Shown here: positions 10,976 to 20,099 of the stretch, in pieces
How the letters are laid out: every line of letters starts with the position of its first letter
Numbering within the stretch: the first letter of the stretch is position 1
From: Sphingomonadales bacterium
Lineage (GTDB): Bacteria; Pseudomonadota; Alphaproteobacteria; Sphingomonadales; Sphingomonadaceae
Assembly: GCA_043778865.1 (NCBI GenBank)
Contig: JAYWFI010000146.1
Coordinates: 1 to 57,946, forward strand
DNA length: 57,946 nt
Direction: 5' to 3'
Notes under the pieces: model-generated
What the model was told of the DNA's origin: nothing
Databases searched by the model: none
Seen by the model: only the letters and a program-made list of their open reading frames with translations
Made by a program: the position numbers and the translations under genes

Positions 10976-12154
10976 TTAAAAAATCTCGAACAATCCTGCT
11001 GCGCCCATGCCGCCGCCAACGCACATCGTGACAACCGCGTACTTTGCGCTGCGGCGTTTTCCTTCGATTAACGCATGGCCGCTGCAACGTGCACCCGTCA
11101 TGCCATAAGGATGGCCGACCGAGATTGATCCGCCGTTTACGTTCAGCAGCTCGTTTGGAATACCAAGTGTATCGCGGCAATACAGAACCTGCACGGCAAA
11201 CGCTTCATTCAACTCCCACAGGCCGATATCGTCCATCTTAAGGTTAAAACGCTCCAGCAATTTAGGGATGGCAAATACAGGTCCAATGCCCATTTCATCG
11301 GGCTCGGTTCCGGCAACCGCCATGCCTATATATCGGCCCAGCGGAGTGAGGCCTTTTTTTGCGGCCAATCCTGCTTCCATGATAATCATTGCCGATGACC
11401 CATCGGATAGCTGGCTGGCGTTGCCTGCGGTGATTGTCATATCAGGGCCCATAACAGGTTTCAGGGCCTGCAGCCCGGCAAGCTGGGTATCGGCGCGGTT
11501 GCCCTCGTCTTTGGCGATGGTAACTTCGGCTTGGCTGACTTCTTTTGTTTCTTTGTTCGTCACATTCATGATTGTAGTGACTGGCACAATTTCTGCATCA
11601 AATAATCCGGCGGCTTGCGCAGCGGCGGTGCGTTGTTGAGATTGGAGCGCATACTCGTCCATCGCATCGCGGCTGATGTTATAACGCTTGGCAACAACCT
11701 CTGCGGTTTGCAGCATGGGCATATAGATGTTGGCGTGCATTTCGATAAGTGCACGATCAGGGGCAACGCGCATTTCAGGAGTTTGTACGAGGCTGATCGA
11801 CTCTTGCCCGCCCGCTGCAACCACATCCATATGGTCGATTACTACTTGTTTGGATGCGGTGGCAATCGCCATAAGTCCTGATGAACATTGGCGGTCCAGC
11901 GTCATGCCAGATGTGGTGATGGGCAAACCTGCACGCAAGGCAACTTGGCGCGCAAGATTACCTGCCTGCGTCCCTTGTTGTAGCGCGCTGCCCCAGATGC
12001 AGTCATCAACCTCTGCGCCGTCAATGCCCGCACGCGCAACTGCGGCGGCAAGCGAGTAGCTGCCTAAAGTAGGGCCGGATGTAGCGTTAAACCCGCCGCG
12101 ATAGGCTTTACCAATGGCGGTACGGGCGGTGGAAACAATGACTGCGTCACGCAT
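10976..12154 (-). CDS. Acetyl-CoA C-acyltransferase (thiolase)
   Basis: QCSSG, NEAFA, GHPYG, CVGGGMG. Confidence 0.95.
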   Translation of the reverse strand: MRDAVIVSTARTAIGKAYRGGFNATSGPTLGSYSLAAAVARAGIDGAEVDDCIWGSALQQGTQAGNLARQVALRAGLPITTSGMTLDRQCSSGLMAIATASKQVVIDHMDVVAAGGQESISLVQTPEMRVAPDRALIEMHANIYMPMLQTAEVVAKRYNISRDAMDEYALQSQQRTAAAQAAGLFDAEIVPVTTIMNVTNKETKEVSQAEVTIAKDEGNRADTQLAGLQALKPVMGPDMTITAGNASQLSDGSSAMIIMEAGLAAKKGLTPLGRYIGMAVAGTEPDEMGIGPVFAIPKLLERFNLKMDDIGLWELNEAFAVQVLYCRDTLGIPNELLNVNGGSISVGHPYGMTGARCSGHALIEGKRRSAKYAVVTMCVGGGMGAAGLFEIF

Positions 12155-12200
12155 GGATGGTGTTCCTTGTTGTTTAGAGTAAATGTAAATCAGGGCATGG

Positions 12201-12659
12201 TTAAACGAATATTTGGCTCATCCATTCGGCGACCAAAGCAGGTTTATCTTCGCCTTCGATTTCAACCGTCAACTCCATTGTTTGCTGCCATTGGCCAGGC
12301 CGTTTTTCGGATAGATCAAGCAACTTAAAATGCCCGCGAACACGCTTTCCAGAGCGAACAGGTGACAAAAACCGGGTTTTGTTACCGCCATAATTGACAC
12401 CCATTTTTGCACCTTCGATATGCGGACAATCTGATTTCGCCGACATTACAGGCATGAGCGATAGCGTAAGAAAACCATGCGCAATCGTGCCGCCAAACGG
12501 CGTCATTTTCGCCATCTCTTCGTTCACATGAATAAACTGGTGATCGCCTGTTGCATCGGCGAATTTGTTGATCATATCTTGATCGACCAATATCCATTCG
12601 GATGTACCGATATTTTCGCCTGCCTTTTTGGCAAGATCGGCGGCGGTTATTGTGGTCAT
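12201..12659 (-). CDS. MaoC family dehydratase
   Basis: FADATGDHQFIH, TIAHGFLTLS. Confidence 0.92.
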   Translation of the reverse strand: MTTITAADLAKKAGENIGTSEWILVDQDMINKFADATGDHQFIHVNEEMAKMTPFGGTIAHGFLTLSLMPVMSAKSDCPHIEGAKMGVNYGGNKTRFLSPVRSGKRVRGHFKLLDLSEKRPGQWQQTMELTVEIEGEDKPALVAEWMSQIFV

Positions 12660-12739
12660 GATTTATACTCCCGAATCTATAATTTGCGGACACTGCCTTG
12701 CTACAGCGCACCTGACAAGTCTTACAGCTCTGCAAATAT

Positions 12740-13927
12740 CTATTTTTTTAACCTTACGCTACGGTTTGGACTGGATGTTGACTTGGGTGCAGCGCCAAGT
12801 ATAGCATAAGGCATAATCATCTCGCCGTCCGGTGCTGCGGTAAAAGTGGTTTGTGTGGGATAAGCAAATTCATATCCATGCTGGCCGAACGCTTCGACAA
12901 TCGATAATCCAATATTATGCCGCGCGTTGAATGTATCCATATACTCTGTACCATCGATATCAAACAACAACTCAAAATTTAGCGCGCTATCGCCAAAGCC
13001 GGTAAATCCGGCGCGAATAAAACGCGCATCGTTATTTGTAACAATCTGTTCGAGTAGAGCAGGCAGCGCGCGCGCTTTATCAGATGGCGTTTGCATTACT
13101 AGGCCAAGCTTAAATGTGGTACGGCGGTAATTCAGCTGTGATACGTTTGTGATCTCTTTATCGAGCAGCTGGTTGTTTGAGATGATAATCTCTTCACCTG
13201 TTAGCGCCCGTAGCCGAGTGCTTTTCATGCCAATTTTTTCAACGGCCGCTGTTGTGGTGTCATACCGAATGACATCGCCGCGCTTAAATGGTTTGTCAAA
13301 AATAACTGCGATTGCCGCAAACAGATCGGAGAATATTCCCTGCGCCGCAAGACCTATGGCAATACCTCCCACACCCAGTCCGGCCACTAGTCCGGTTACG
13401 TTGATGCCCAAATTATCGAGGATAAATATCGCAGCGATTGAGAATACCGCGATACTCACCAGCATACGGATCAGGACCATCGCGGTTTGCAGTGTTTCAT
13501 GCTCTTGATCACCAGAGCCAGCGCGTCTTTGCACAAGACCAAGGATGATTTCACGCGCCCAGATTGCGGCTTGAATAGCGGCTGCTATGGTGAATAATGT
13601 CATCAATATCTTGCTCAGCGGGTAGGGCGCGGTAACTGCGCTATTCACAAGCTGTGCCGAGACCGCCACGCAAAAAAATCCACTTGTACGGGATAATGCA
13701 CGCGCGGTTATGGCACTAAGCGAATGGGGATCAGCAGATTTGTGATCAATTGAACGTGCCACTCTACGCAGCCAAATGAGGATAAAATACAGCAATATGC
13801 CAGCTGTGAGAGCAAGCAAAATTTGCATCCAATTATTCTGCACCCAATAAATCGCAGCATCAGGATTAAGATGAAGTTTTGCCAAGATATCGGGAGATGC
13901 AGGCGAAGTGGTTTGGATAATTGGCAT
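12740..13927 (-). CDS. MscS family mechanosensitive channel
   Basis: GLGVGGIAIGLAAQ, DKPFKRGD, IGMKSTR. Confidence 0.93.
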   Translation of the reverse strand: MPIIQTTSPASPDILAKLHLNPDAAIYWVQNNWMQILLALTAGILLYFILIWLRRVARSIDHKSADPHSLSAITARALSRTSGFFCVAVSAQLVNSAVTAPYPLSKILMTLFTIAAAIQAAIWAREIILGLVQRRAGSGDQEHETLQTAMVLIRMLVSIAVFSIAAIFILDNLGINVTGLVAGLGVGGIAIGLAAQGIFSDLFAAIAVIFDKPFKRGDVIRYDTTTAAVEKIGMKSTRLRALTGEEIIISNNQLLDKEITNVSQLNYRRTTFKLGLVMQTPSDKARALPALLEQIVTNNDARFIRAGFTGFGDSALNFELLFDIDGTEYMDTFNARHNIGLSIVEAFGQHGYEFAYPTQTTFTAAPDGEMIMPYAILGAAPKSTSSPNRSVRLKK

Positions 13928-14054
13928 AGCTAGTGACTAGACAACCTATCGCAGCCAAGCAAGCGGTGCTGTATTATGCAGATATCTAGGGCCCAGTGCG
14001 CTCAGGGCTGCGGCTTAGTTCAACCTAAAGTTATCCCGCTCAAGATTTACACAA

Positions 14055-15461
14055 TCAAGATTGGTTCGCCGCCGTTTCCGCCACTGATTCCGCTGCTTTG
14101 ATCCGCTGCTTTGTAATCGGTACCCACGCGGCCTCACCCCGGCGGCGGGTTAGGTATGTATCGGCACCAATCTGTAGTCCGACAAGCATGTACACAAACG
14201 GCTGAAAAGCGATGCCGACAAATAACGATCCCACCAAATACACTATATGGGCATTCTGCAAAGCTGTTGCCAGCGGCGCTACCCATGCCTCATCTGCGCG
14301 CGCGCGTTTGCGGTAGATACGCGAAAGTATTTCCATTCGCCAAATACCGCCAAAATGAATCAGCAACCAAATGATCAGGCCGGGATATCCCTGTTCACCC
14401 AGCATTTCAAAATATGCGCTATGAAACGCGCGGCCCTCATCAATAACCTCCCTTGGCGCATCATCGAGCGGCAAATCATAAATGATCTCTTCGCGCGGTC
14501 CGGCTTTACTTTTTTGCAGGTCATATCGGATTTTACTTTGGCGGTAGGATTCAAAACCACCGCCAAGCGGATGGTTTTTTGCAAATTCCCATGTCCATCC
14601 CCACATCGCCAAACGTGTCGATGCAGATTCGTCGGCTTTATAATCCTTGATCGTGCTCGAACGCTGCGTAAAACTTTGCGGTAGCATCGGGATGGCCGCG
14701 GCACAAAGAATTGCGATACCCGCAACATACAGCAATCTGTACCGTACGTAACGCAGCATCAAAATACCGAGCACGGCGATACAAATAATCCCCGTGCGCG
14801 CTTGTGTGCCCACGGGGATCAGCATGCAGGCAAATATCAGCGCGAGAGCATATATGGAAACACGCCATTCGGGTTTGTAGATAGTCCCATATTTGGCAAG
14901 CCACAAAATCAGCGGGATAACAGTTATGGCAACGCATGATATAATGCTGCCTTCAAACAGTCCGCTATTGTCGTCGATGAGAAGAACTAACAAGCCATAT
15001 CCGCCGCCGCCTGCCATAGTTTTAATTCCGCCTGTCACAATTAACGCGGACAAACAAAGCACCATGGTAAGCACCAGAGCCTCAATACGTAGCCGGGTAG
15101 TAAGCGTGAGCGGTAGGAATATAGCGAATACCAGCGCTTTCCACACCCATGCCCATTTTTCCAAGGCAGCAAGTGGTTCGACAGCAATCGTGGTGGTATA
15201 ACCGCAGTATAACAAAAGCAGCACCATCAATCCCCAGCGCGGAGAAAAGCGGACCAGATTTTTGTTATCGCTTACCAAAAATCCAAGCACTGCAAGTCCG
15301 AATACGATCAGCGACAAAGGCACGGAGTTAAGCATGAAATAACTTAATCGCTGCGGCGCGCAGATATCGATATAAGCATATACAAGCGTGAACAAAAATG
15401 GCCGCGAAAACGCGAGCAGCAATATTGCGGCAACGTAGCCAACAAAGATCAGATCACGCAT
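14055..15461 (-). CDS. O-antigen ligase-like protein, exosortase A/PEP-CTERM system associated
   Basis: Many TM helices, HPLGGGF and AFHSAYFEMLGEQG; next to the PEP-CTERM glycosyltransferase. Confidence 0.8.
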   Translation of the reverse strand: MRDLIFVGYVAAILLLAFSRPFLFTLVYAYIDICAPQRLSYFMLNSVPLSLIVFGLAVLGFLVSDNKNLVRFSPRWGLMVLLLLYCGYTTTIAVEPLAALEKWAWVWKALVFAIFLPLTLTTRLRIEALVLTMVLCLSALIVTGGIKTMAGGGGYGLLVLLIDDNSGLFEGSIISCVAITVIPLILWLAKYGTIYKPEWRVSIYALALIFACMLIPVGTQARTGIICIAVLGILMLRYVRYRLLYVAGIAILCAAAIPMLPQSFTQRSSTIKDYKADESASTRLAMWGWTWEFAKNHPLGGGFESYRQSKIRYDLQKSKAGPREEIIYDLPLDDAPREVIDEGRAFHSAYFEMLGEQGYPGLIIWLLIHFGGIWRMEILSRIYRKRARADEAWVAPLATALQNAHIVYLVGSLFVGIAFQPFVYMLVGLQIGADTYLTRRRGEAAWVPITKQRIKAAESVAETAANQS

Positions 15462-15690
15462 CTGCGCTATCCCTGTCCTTTGCAGCTTTGCGGGATGGCT
15501 GCTTTCGAAATGGATTGCGGGGCTCAGGTGCCGAGACTTTAAGCGGATTTTTCGCGCGTTTGCCAAAGCCCGTTGGTTCAGGATCAGGTACAGGCGGAGC
15601 TTCTTTATTCAAATCGTCACGCTGCGTAAGCAACCAAAACGCAAGCAACAGCAATCCATGGCTTAAAAGAATCGAGAAATTATCGATCAT
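15454..15690 (-). CDS. Small single-TM protein
   Basis: MIDNFSILLSHGLLLLAFW; overlaps start of the ligase gene. Confidence 0.65.
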   Translation of the reverse strand: MIDNFSILLSHGLLLLAFWLLTQRDDLNKEAPPVPDPEPTGFGKRAKNPLKVSAPEPRNPFRKQPSRKAAKDRDSADA

Positions 15691-15802
15691 CGCGCTTGGC
15701 TTCAATCCCGAATAAAGGTTGAGGAAAATTCCGCATTCGAATGTCGTTAAACAAATTGGGTTGACGTCACGTTAATCCTTTTTGGGTAAAACGATAATTA
15801 TT

Positions 15803-17035
15803 ATGAACCGAATTTTGCATGTCTTAGACCATAGTTTACCGCTACATAGTGGGTACACATTCCGCACGCGCGCCATCATGAAAGCGCAGATTGCGGCGGG
15901 ATGGGATGTGCGCGGGATAACCAGTGTTCGGCAATATCAGCACGGCGAGACACGCGGGCATACCATACAAGAAACCGAAGGCCTGATATTCCACCGTACG
16001 ATGGCAGATGCAGGTGGGCCGCCGCTGTTGCGCGAATATCGCGAGGTTTCGGCACTGGCAGAGGCTATTGTTGCACTGCATGCCCTATGGCCGTTTGATC
16101 TGCTTCATGCGCATTCGCCTGCGCTTAACGGATTGGCGGCAGCATGGGCGGCGCAGCGTTTGAGGTTGCCGCTGGTGTATGAAATACGTGCATTTTGGGA
16201 AGATGCCGCTGTTGGCAACGGAACGGGTACGCAAGGGTCACCCAGATACCGCTTAACCCGCGCGTTGGAGAACCACGTTATCGGGAAAGCCGATGCGATT
16301 GCTGTGATTTGCGAAGGGTTGCGAAGTGATCTGATTTCACGCGGAGTTGCCGCCGACAAAATTACAGTTTCGCCCAACGGCGTAGACCTAGATTTATTTG
16401 GTAGTCCCCCGCCGCGCGACGATGTGTTGGCAGAATATCTTGGGTTAAATGGAAAACAAGTCATTGGATATATTGGCAGCTTTTATGATTATGAAGGTTT
16501 GGATGACTTAATCGCTGCAATGCCGCATTTGCAAGGCGCGGCGGCCAATGCGCATTTGTTGCTGGTTGGCGGCGGCCCCGTTGAGCAAGCACTGCGCGCG
16601 CAGGCCAATGCATCGCCGGTATCGCAGCGCATTCATTTTGCTGGACGCGTGCCGCACGATCAAGTGGAACGGTATTACAGCCTTGTCGATATACTTGCCT
16701 ATCCGCGCAAATCAATGCGGCTGACTGATTTGGTTACGCCGTTAAAACCGCTTGAGGCAATGGCACAAGGACGGCTGGTGGCGGCTTCTGATGTTGGCGG
16801 ACATAGGGAGCTAATCGAAGATGGGGTGACAGGTGCCTTGTTTCCGGCAGATAATCCCACGGGAGCCGCAGCGGCGATAGATGCCCTGTTTTCAGACCAT
16901 AAGCACTGGGATGAACGGCGTAATAACGCACGCAAGTTCGTAGAATCGCAGCGCAATTGGCAAAATAATATTCATCGTTACGATCCTGTTTACCATTTGC
17001 TGTTAGGTACAGATAAATTTTCCAAAGCTGCATAA
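15803..17035 (+). CDS. GT4 glycosyltransferase, PEP-CTERM/XrtA associated
   Basis: LDHSLPLHSGYTFRT, TPLKPLEAMA, SDVGGHREL. Confidence 0.88.
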   Translation: MNRILHVLDHSLPLHSGYTFRTRAIMKAQIAAGWDVRGITSVRQYQHGETRGHTIQETEGLIFHRTMADAGGPPLLREYREVSALAEAIVALHALWPFDLLHAHSPALNGLAAAWAAQRLRLPLVYEIRAFWEDAAVGNGTGTQGSPRYRLTRALENHVIGKADAIAVICEGLRSDLISRGVAADKITVSPNGVDLDLFGSPPPRDDVLAEYLGLNGKQVIGYIGSFYDYEGLDDLIAAMPHLQGAAANAHLLLVGGGPVEQALRAQANASPVSQRIHFAGRVPHDQVERYYSLVDILAYPRKSMRLTDLVTPLKPLEAMAQGRLVAASDVGGHRELIEDGVTGALFPADNPTGAAAAIDALFSDHKHWDERRNNARKFVESQRNWQNNIHRYDPVYHLLLGTDKFSKAA

Positions 17036-17066
17036 CCATGCTGCAGGAAATTGAGCTTGCAAGGAA

Positions 17067-18263
17067 ATGGGTATGAACCGCCCCCGTAACGAACAAATGA
17101 AGCCTATAATTATGGCACTTGGCACAGGCGCGGGTGCTGCTGTTGCGGCCATGATGGTACCTGTTAGCCTTATCGAAGGCATAACGGGTGCAACCGGTTT
17201 GTCCGAATTAATCCCCGCAACAGGCGCGCCGCTTGGCGGAACAGCCCGTGCGATCATTGCCTTTTTTGCAGGCGCATTAACATTAATGATGGCGATGGGA
17301 TATCTGATGCGCCGCAATCCGGATATGAAATCTACTTCGCTCAGCACGCCGCGCGCAGCAGAGATGGTAGAACCCGGCAATTCGCTTTTATCCAAATTGC
17401 AAAAACGGATGAGCGGTTTTAAGGCGAGTGATATCACTATCCCTGCCATGCCATGGGCAAAAAAAGCAAAAAGTTCCGCTGCGCATACAGCAGCACCCAG
17501 CCCATTATCAGAAGCCCAGTCTGCGCCAAAATCCGCTTCATGGTTTAAGAAGCATGATGACGATATCCTTGATCTTTCTGAATTGCCACGTCTGCGCGCG
17601 AATGATGCCCACCCCGATGCGCCTGCACGCCGCCCTATTTCTGCACTTAGTGATTTGGCAGAAGCTAACCTAACAAATTGCAATGAGCCTCTAAACGCTG
17701 AGGCACCACGAACTGCAACATTGCCTATGGAAACGTTACTAACTCAACCATTTCAAACCGCGCCTGTGGGAATTGCGCGCGAACCTATTTTGAACAATAT
17801 TGACGCCGCTTCCTTACATATGCCTGTTGCGCAAGAAACCGTTGCAACGCCCGCAGCAGTATCTCCTATTTCTGTATCGCAAGATAATATCATGAGCTCT
17901 GCAGATGTTGCTGAGCTGAGTAGAACACCGCTCGCAAGTTTAGTGACGCAACTCGAAGCGGCAATCAATCAGCGCATGCATCTGCTGAATGCCATTGAGA
18001 GTTTATCGGCTCAAGTAGTAACTGCTAAAGCTGCAATACCTGCTGAGCCCGAAATGCACCAAACCCAGGTTTACGCTTCATCTGCTATATCACATGCGGC
18101 CCCTATTTTGGAAACTGTAGTGCCTGCGGCGGTACCCATAACGCCGCGCCCTCCGCTTGAAGCTGTTCCTGCATCCCCGCAAATTAAGCAGGATCAGGAC
18201 ATGGATGCCGCCTTAAATGCTGCATTGGAAACATTGCAGCGCATGAATGTGCAGGGCCGGTAA
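17067..18263 (+). CDS. Hypothetical membrane-anchored, Ala/Pro-rich protein
   Basis: 398-aa ORF with N-terminal TM pair, DAHPDAPARRPI motif and C-terminal helix. Confidence 0.7.
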   Translation: MGMNRPRNEQMKPIIMALGTGAGAAVAAMMVPVSLIEGITGATGLSELIPATGAPLGGTARAIIAFFAGALTLMMAMGYLMRRNPDMKSTSLSTPRAAEMVEPGNSLLSKLQKRMSGFKASDITIPAMPWAKKAKSSAAHTAAPSPLSEAQSAPKSASWFKKHDDDILDLSELPRLRANDAHPDAPARRPISALSDLAEANLTNCNEPLNAEAPRTATLPMETLLTQPFQTAPVGIAREPILNNIDAASLHMPVAQETVATPAAVSPISVSQDNIMSSADVAELSRTPLASLVTQLEAAINQRMHLLNAIESLSAQVVTAKAAIPAEPEMHQTQVYASSAISHAAPILETVVPAAVPITPRPPLEAVPASPQIKQDQDMDAALNAALETLQRMNVQGR

Positions 18264-18299
18264 GTATTGAGTAGTGAGCCTAAGAAAACTGGCTTAATA

Positions 18300-18623
18300 T
18301 TATTCCTCAATCAGTAATGCCTCAATAATTAAACGTATGCCACTGGGCACAATCTCGGTGCTGCTGATTGCAATATCGGCAACAATCCAGCGCGGCAAAG
18401 TGAATTCATGGTTCGGAAGTATCTGGGTAAAGCTTTGCACAGATTGCATACATTGCGCAGATTGCTCTGGCGTGTTTGCACATAACATTAACTTCATGGT
18501 TACGCGCTCTCCCGAAAAGGTTGCACTTTGCCAGTCAACTCGGTCAACTTGCTCCAATACGGATCCTTTTAAGAGCGCCTGTAAAGCGTTTACAAGACTG
18601 TGCTTTTTTGCAATTTTCATCAT
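18300..18623 (-). CDS. Hypothetical protein, second gene of the disrupted host operon
   Basis: ATG 18623 overlaps the TGA of the Cro-like C-terminal fragment (ATGA); WQSATFSGER motif. Confidence 0.7.
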   Translation of the reverse strand: MMKIAKKHSLVNALQALLKGSVLEQVDRVDWQSATFSGERVTMKLMLCANTPEQSAQCMQSVQSFTQILPNHEFTLPRWIVADIAISSTEIVPSGIRLIIEALLIEE

Positions 18624-18705
18624 GACCGCGCATTCATAATGTCTGACTTTACAATGAAAGCATTCATAAAGCATGCCAGCTTTTGCACCATTTCTGGGCG
18701 GACTT
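18620..18705 (-). pseudogene. C-terminal fragment of host Cro-like gene disrupted by the prophage
   Basis: Reads xVRPEMVQKLACFMNAFIVKSDIMNARS* directly from the left prophage end. Confidence 0.75.
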
Positions 18706-18837
18706 TGTGACGCGCCATTAATTACATATTATAGAGTATCCGGGATTTTGGGGTATTTAACGGGATTTTGCGGGATACAAACCCCAGAAAACAGCTAGTT
18801 TCGCTGTATCCACTGTGGTGGGGTAATTAATGGCGCG
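18706..18837. repeat. Left end with putative transposase-binding sites
   Basis: CGCGCCATTAATTA at 18711-18724 and its exact reverse complement at 18824-18837. Confidence 0.75.
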
Positions 18838-18963
18838 TGCCCACCCACAGCATCCTAACTGTGACTTGAAAGCCTCTTGCAAACCCACTTAATGCGTTAT
18901 TCTAGTAATCTTGTCCCACCTACAGCATATTTATGTTTTTGTAGGTATTGCGCGGGTTATAGC

Positions 18964-18995
18964 AGTTGGGTGGGACAAGCATGTCCCACCCAACT
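18964..18995. terminator. 14-bp perfect hairpin just downstream of the methylase (terminator or protein-binding palindrome)
   Basis: AGTTGGGTGGGACA-agca-TGTCCCACCCAACT. Confidence 0.55.
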
Positions 18996-19003
18996 AAACT
19001 TCG

Positions 19004-19825
19004 TTAAATGTTTATTATAACCAATTCGGTTACTTTCTTTAGATTGCTCATACCGCCCAGTTGGTAGGTGGTATCTTCTTCTTTGATGACGAACTCTGCG
19101 AACAGTTGGCGTATTTCAGGATGGTCGTTGATACTTAAAACAAAGCGCCCTTTGATAGATTTGAGGATGTCTGCAAGGTGATTAAAATTGCTGCGTTCAA
19201 ACATCAATTTGCCATAGTCATTTTCGCATCCGTAATAGGGCGGATCAAGATAAAATAGAGTGCCCGGGGCATCGTACCGATGTATGAAATCGGCGAATGG
19301 TAAACGCTCAATTACAACACCGCATAGCCGTTCATGGATGGCTTCTAACAATGGGGTTAATTTTGTCATATCAAACCGTGCAGAGTTTGATTTAGACACA
19401 CCAAAATTACGGCCTGCTACTTTACCGCCAAAGGCCAATCTTTGGAGATATAAGAAGCGTGCGGCGCGCTCTAAATCTGTCATAGTTTTGGGGTCGGTTG
19501 CCATCAATCTTTCGAATCCTGCGCGGCTGGTTAATTGGAAGCGCAGCATGTCCAGAAAAGCAACGTAATGCCTCTGTAAAATGCGAAAGAACGTCGATAC
19601 ATCCTCGGACCAGTCATTGATGACTTCAACACTTGGACGCTGATCGCGGCGCAGGAAAATTCCGCCCATACCAACAAAGACCTCGGCATAACATTGATGC
19701 GGTATTGACGATAAAAGCGGTACCAGCCGCTTTGCTAAATTACGTTTGCCGCCAATGTAACCAGCGGCTGGCCGTACAGGCATGACGGGTTGTAGTTTTT
19801 TTATTAAAAGAGGACTCGACTCCAT
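19004..19825 (-). CDS. DNA adenine methyltransferase, D12/Dam class
   Basis: YIGGKRNLA, EVFVGMG, YLDPPYY; start re-set to ATG 19825. Confidence 0.93.
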   Translation of the reverse strand: MESSPLLIKKLQPVMPVRPAAGYIGGKRNLAKRLVPLLSSIPHQCYAEVFVGMGGIFLRRDQRPSVEVINDWSEDVSTFFRILQRHYVAFLDMLRFQLTSRAGFERLMATDPKTMTDLERAARFLYLQRLAFGGKVAGRNFGVSKSNSARFDMTKLTPLLEAIHERLCGVVIERLPFADFIHRYDAPGTLFYLDPPYYGCENDYGKLMFERSNFNHLADILKSIKGRFVLSINDHPEIRQLFAEFVIKEEDTTYQLGGMSNLKKVTELVIINI

Positions 19826-19831
19826 GATGAT

Positions 19832-19846
19832 GTTCCTATTATGTCC
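19832..19846. promoter_or_regulatory. Possible alphaproteobacterial LexA box in front of the methylase
   Basis: GTTC-ctattat-GTCC, one mismatch from GTTC-N7-GTTC. Confidence 0.4.
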
Positions 19847-19851
19847 CGCTG

Positions 19852-19959
19852 GTCCGTGCATGGATGGCGGGGCGACCTTAACGAAGGCCAGTTGGGTTGT
19901 AGCAGCCGAGTTCTGCTGGTTTGAGACGGTGGATCGTCTCTTCCCCCGCCCATATGGAC
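19852..19959 (-). ncRNA. Multi-stem RNA upstream of the methylase, possibly the D12-methyl RNA motif
   Basis: Closing stem 19866-19872/19944-19950 encloses hairpins at 19874-19889, 19901-19917 and 19923-19940; position matches the described motif, identity not searched. Confidence 0.55.
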
Positions 19960-19966
19960 GCGGTAA

Positions 19967-19995
19967 TTGCTTTTTATCTATGGTTGCAGTAGATA
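19967..19995 (+). promoter_or_regulatory. Predicted sigma70-type promoter for the antisense RNA
   Basis: TTGCTT-N17-TAGATA; predicted +1 near 20002 at the first helix of the structure. Confidence 0.4.
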
Positions 19996-20000
19996 AATTC

Positions 20001-20098
20001 TGTAGCGTGCGTGACACGGTGAATTTGCCTGCCGTAGCACCCAGAGTAATCTGGTGGAGCGCATTGCAGGGGACCGGCAATCCCTGCCGCGCGCTGCA
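20001..20098 (+). ncRNA. Candidate four-stem kissing-loop RNA convergent with MuF
   Basis: 11-bp closing helix with two G-U pairs, GUAA tetraloop hairpin, loop-loop complementarity TTGCC/GGCAA. Confidence 0.6.
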
Positions 20099-20099
20099 C

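Noticed and set aside
18741-18995. CRISPR-like array
   Set aside because: Repeats are 9-14 bp, irregularly spaced or inverted, with no cas genes
20001-20098. tRNA gene
   Set aside because: Cloverleaf-like but lacks TTC T-loop, canonical arm lengths and CCA
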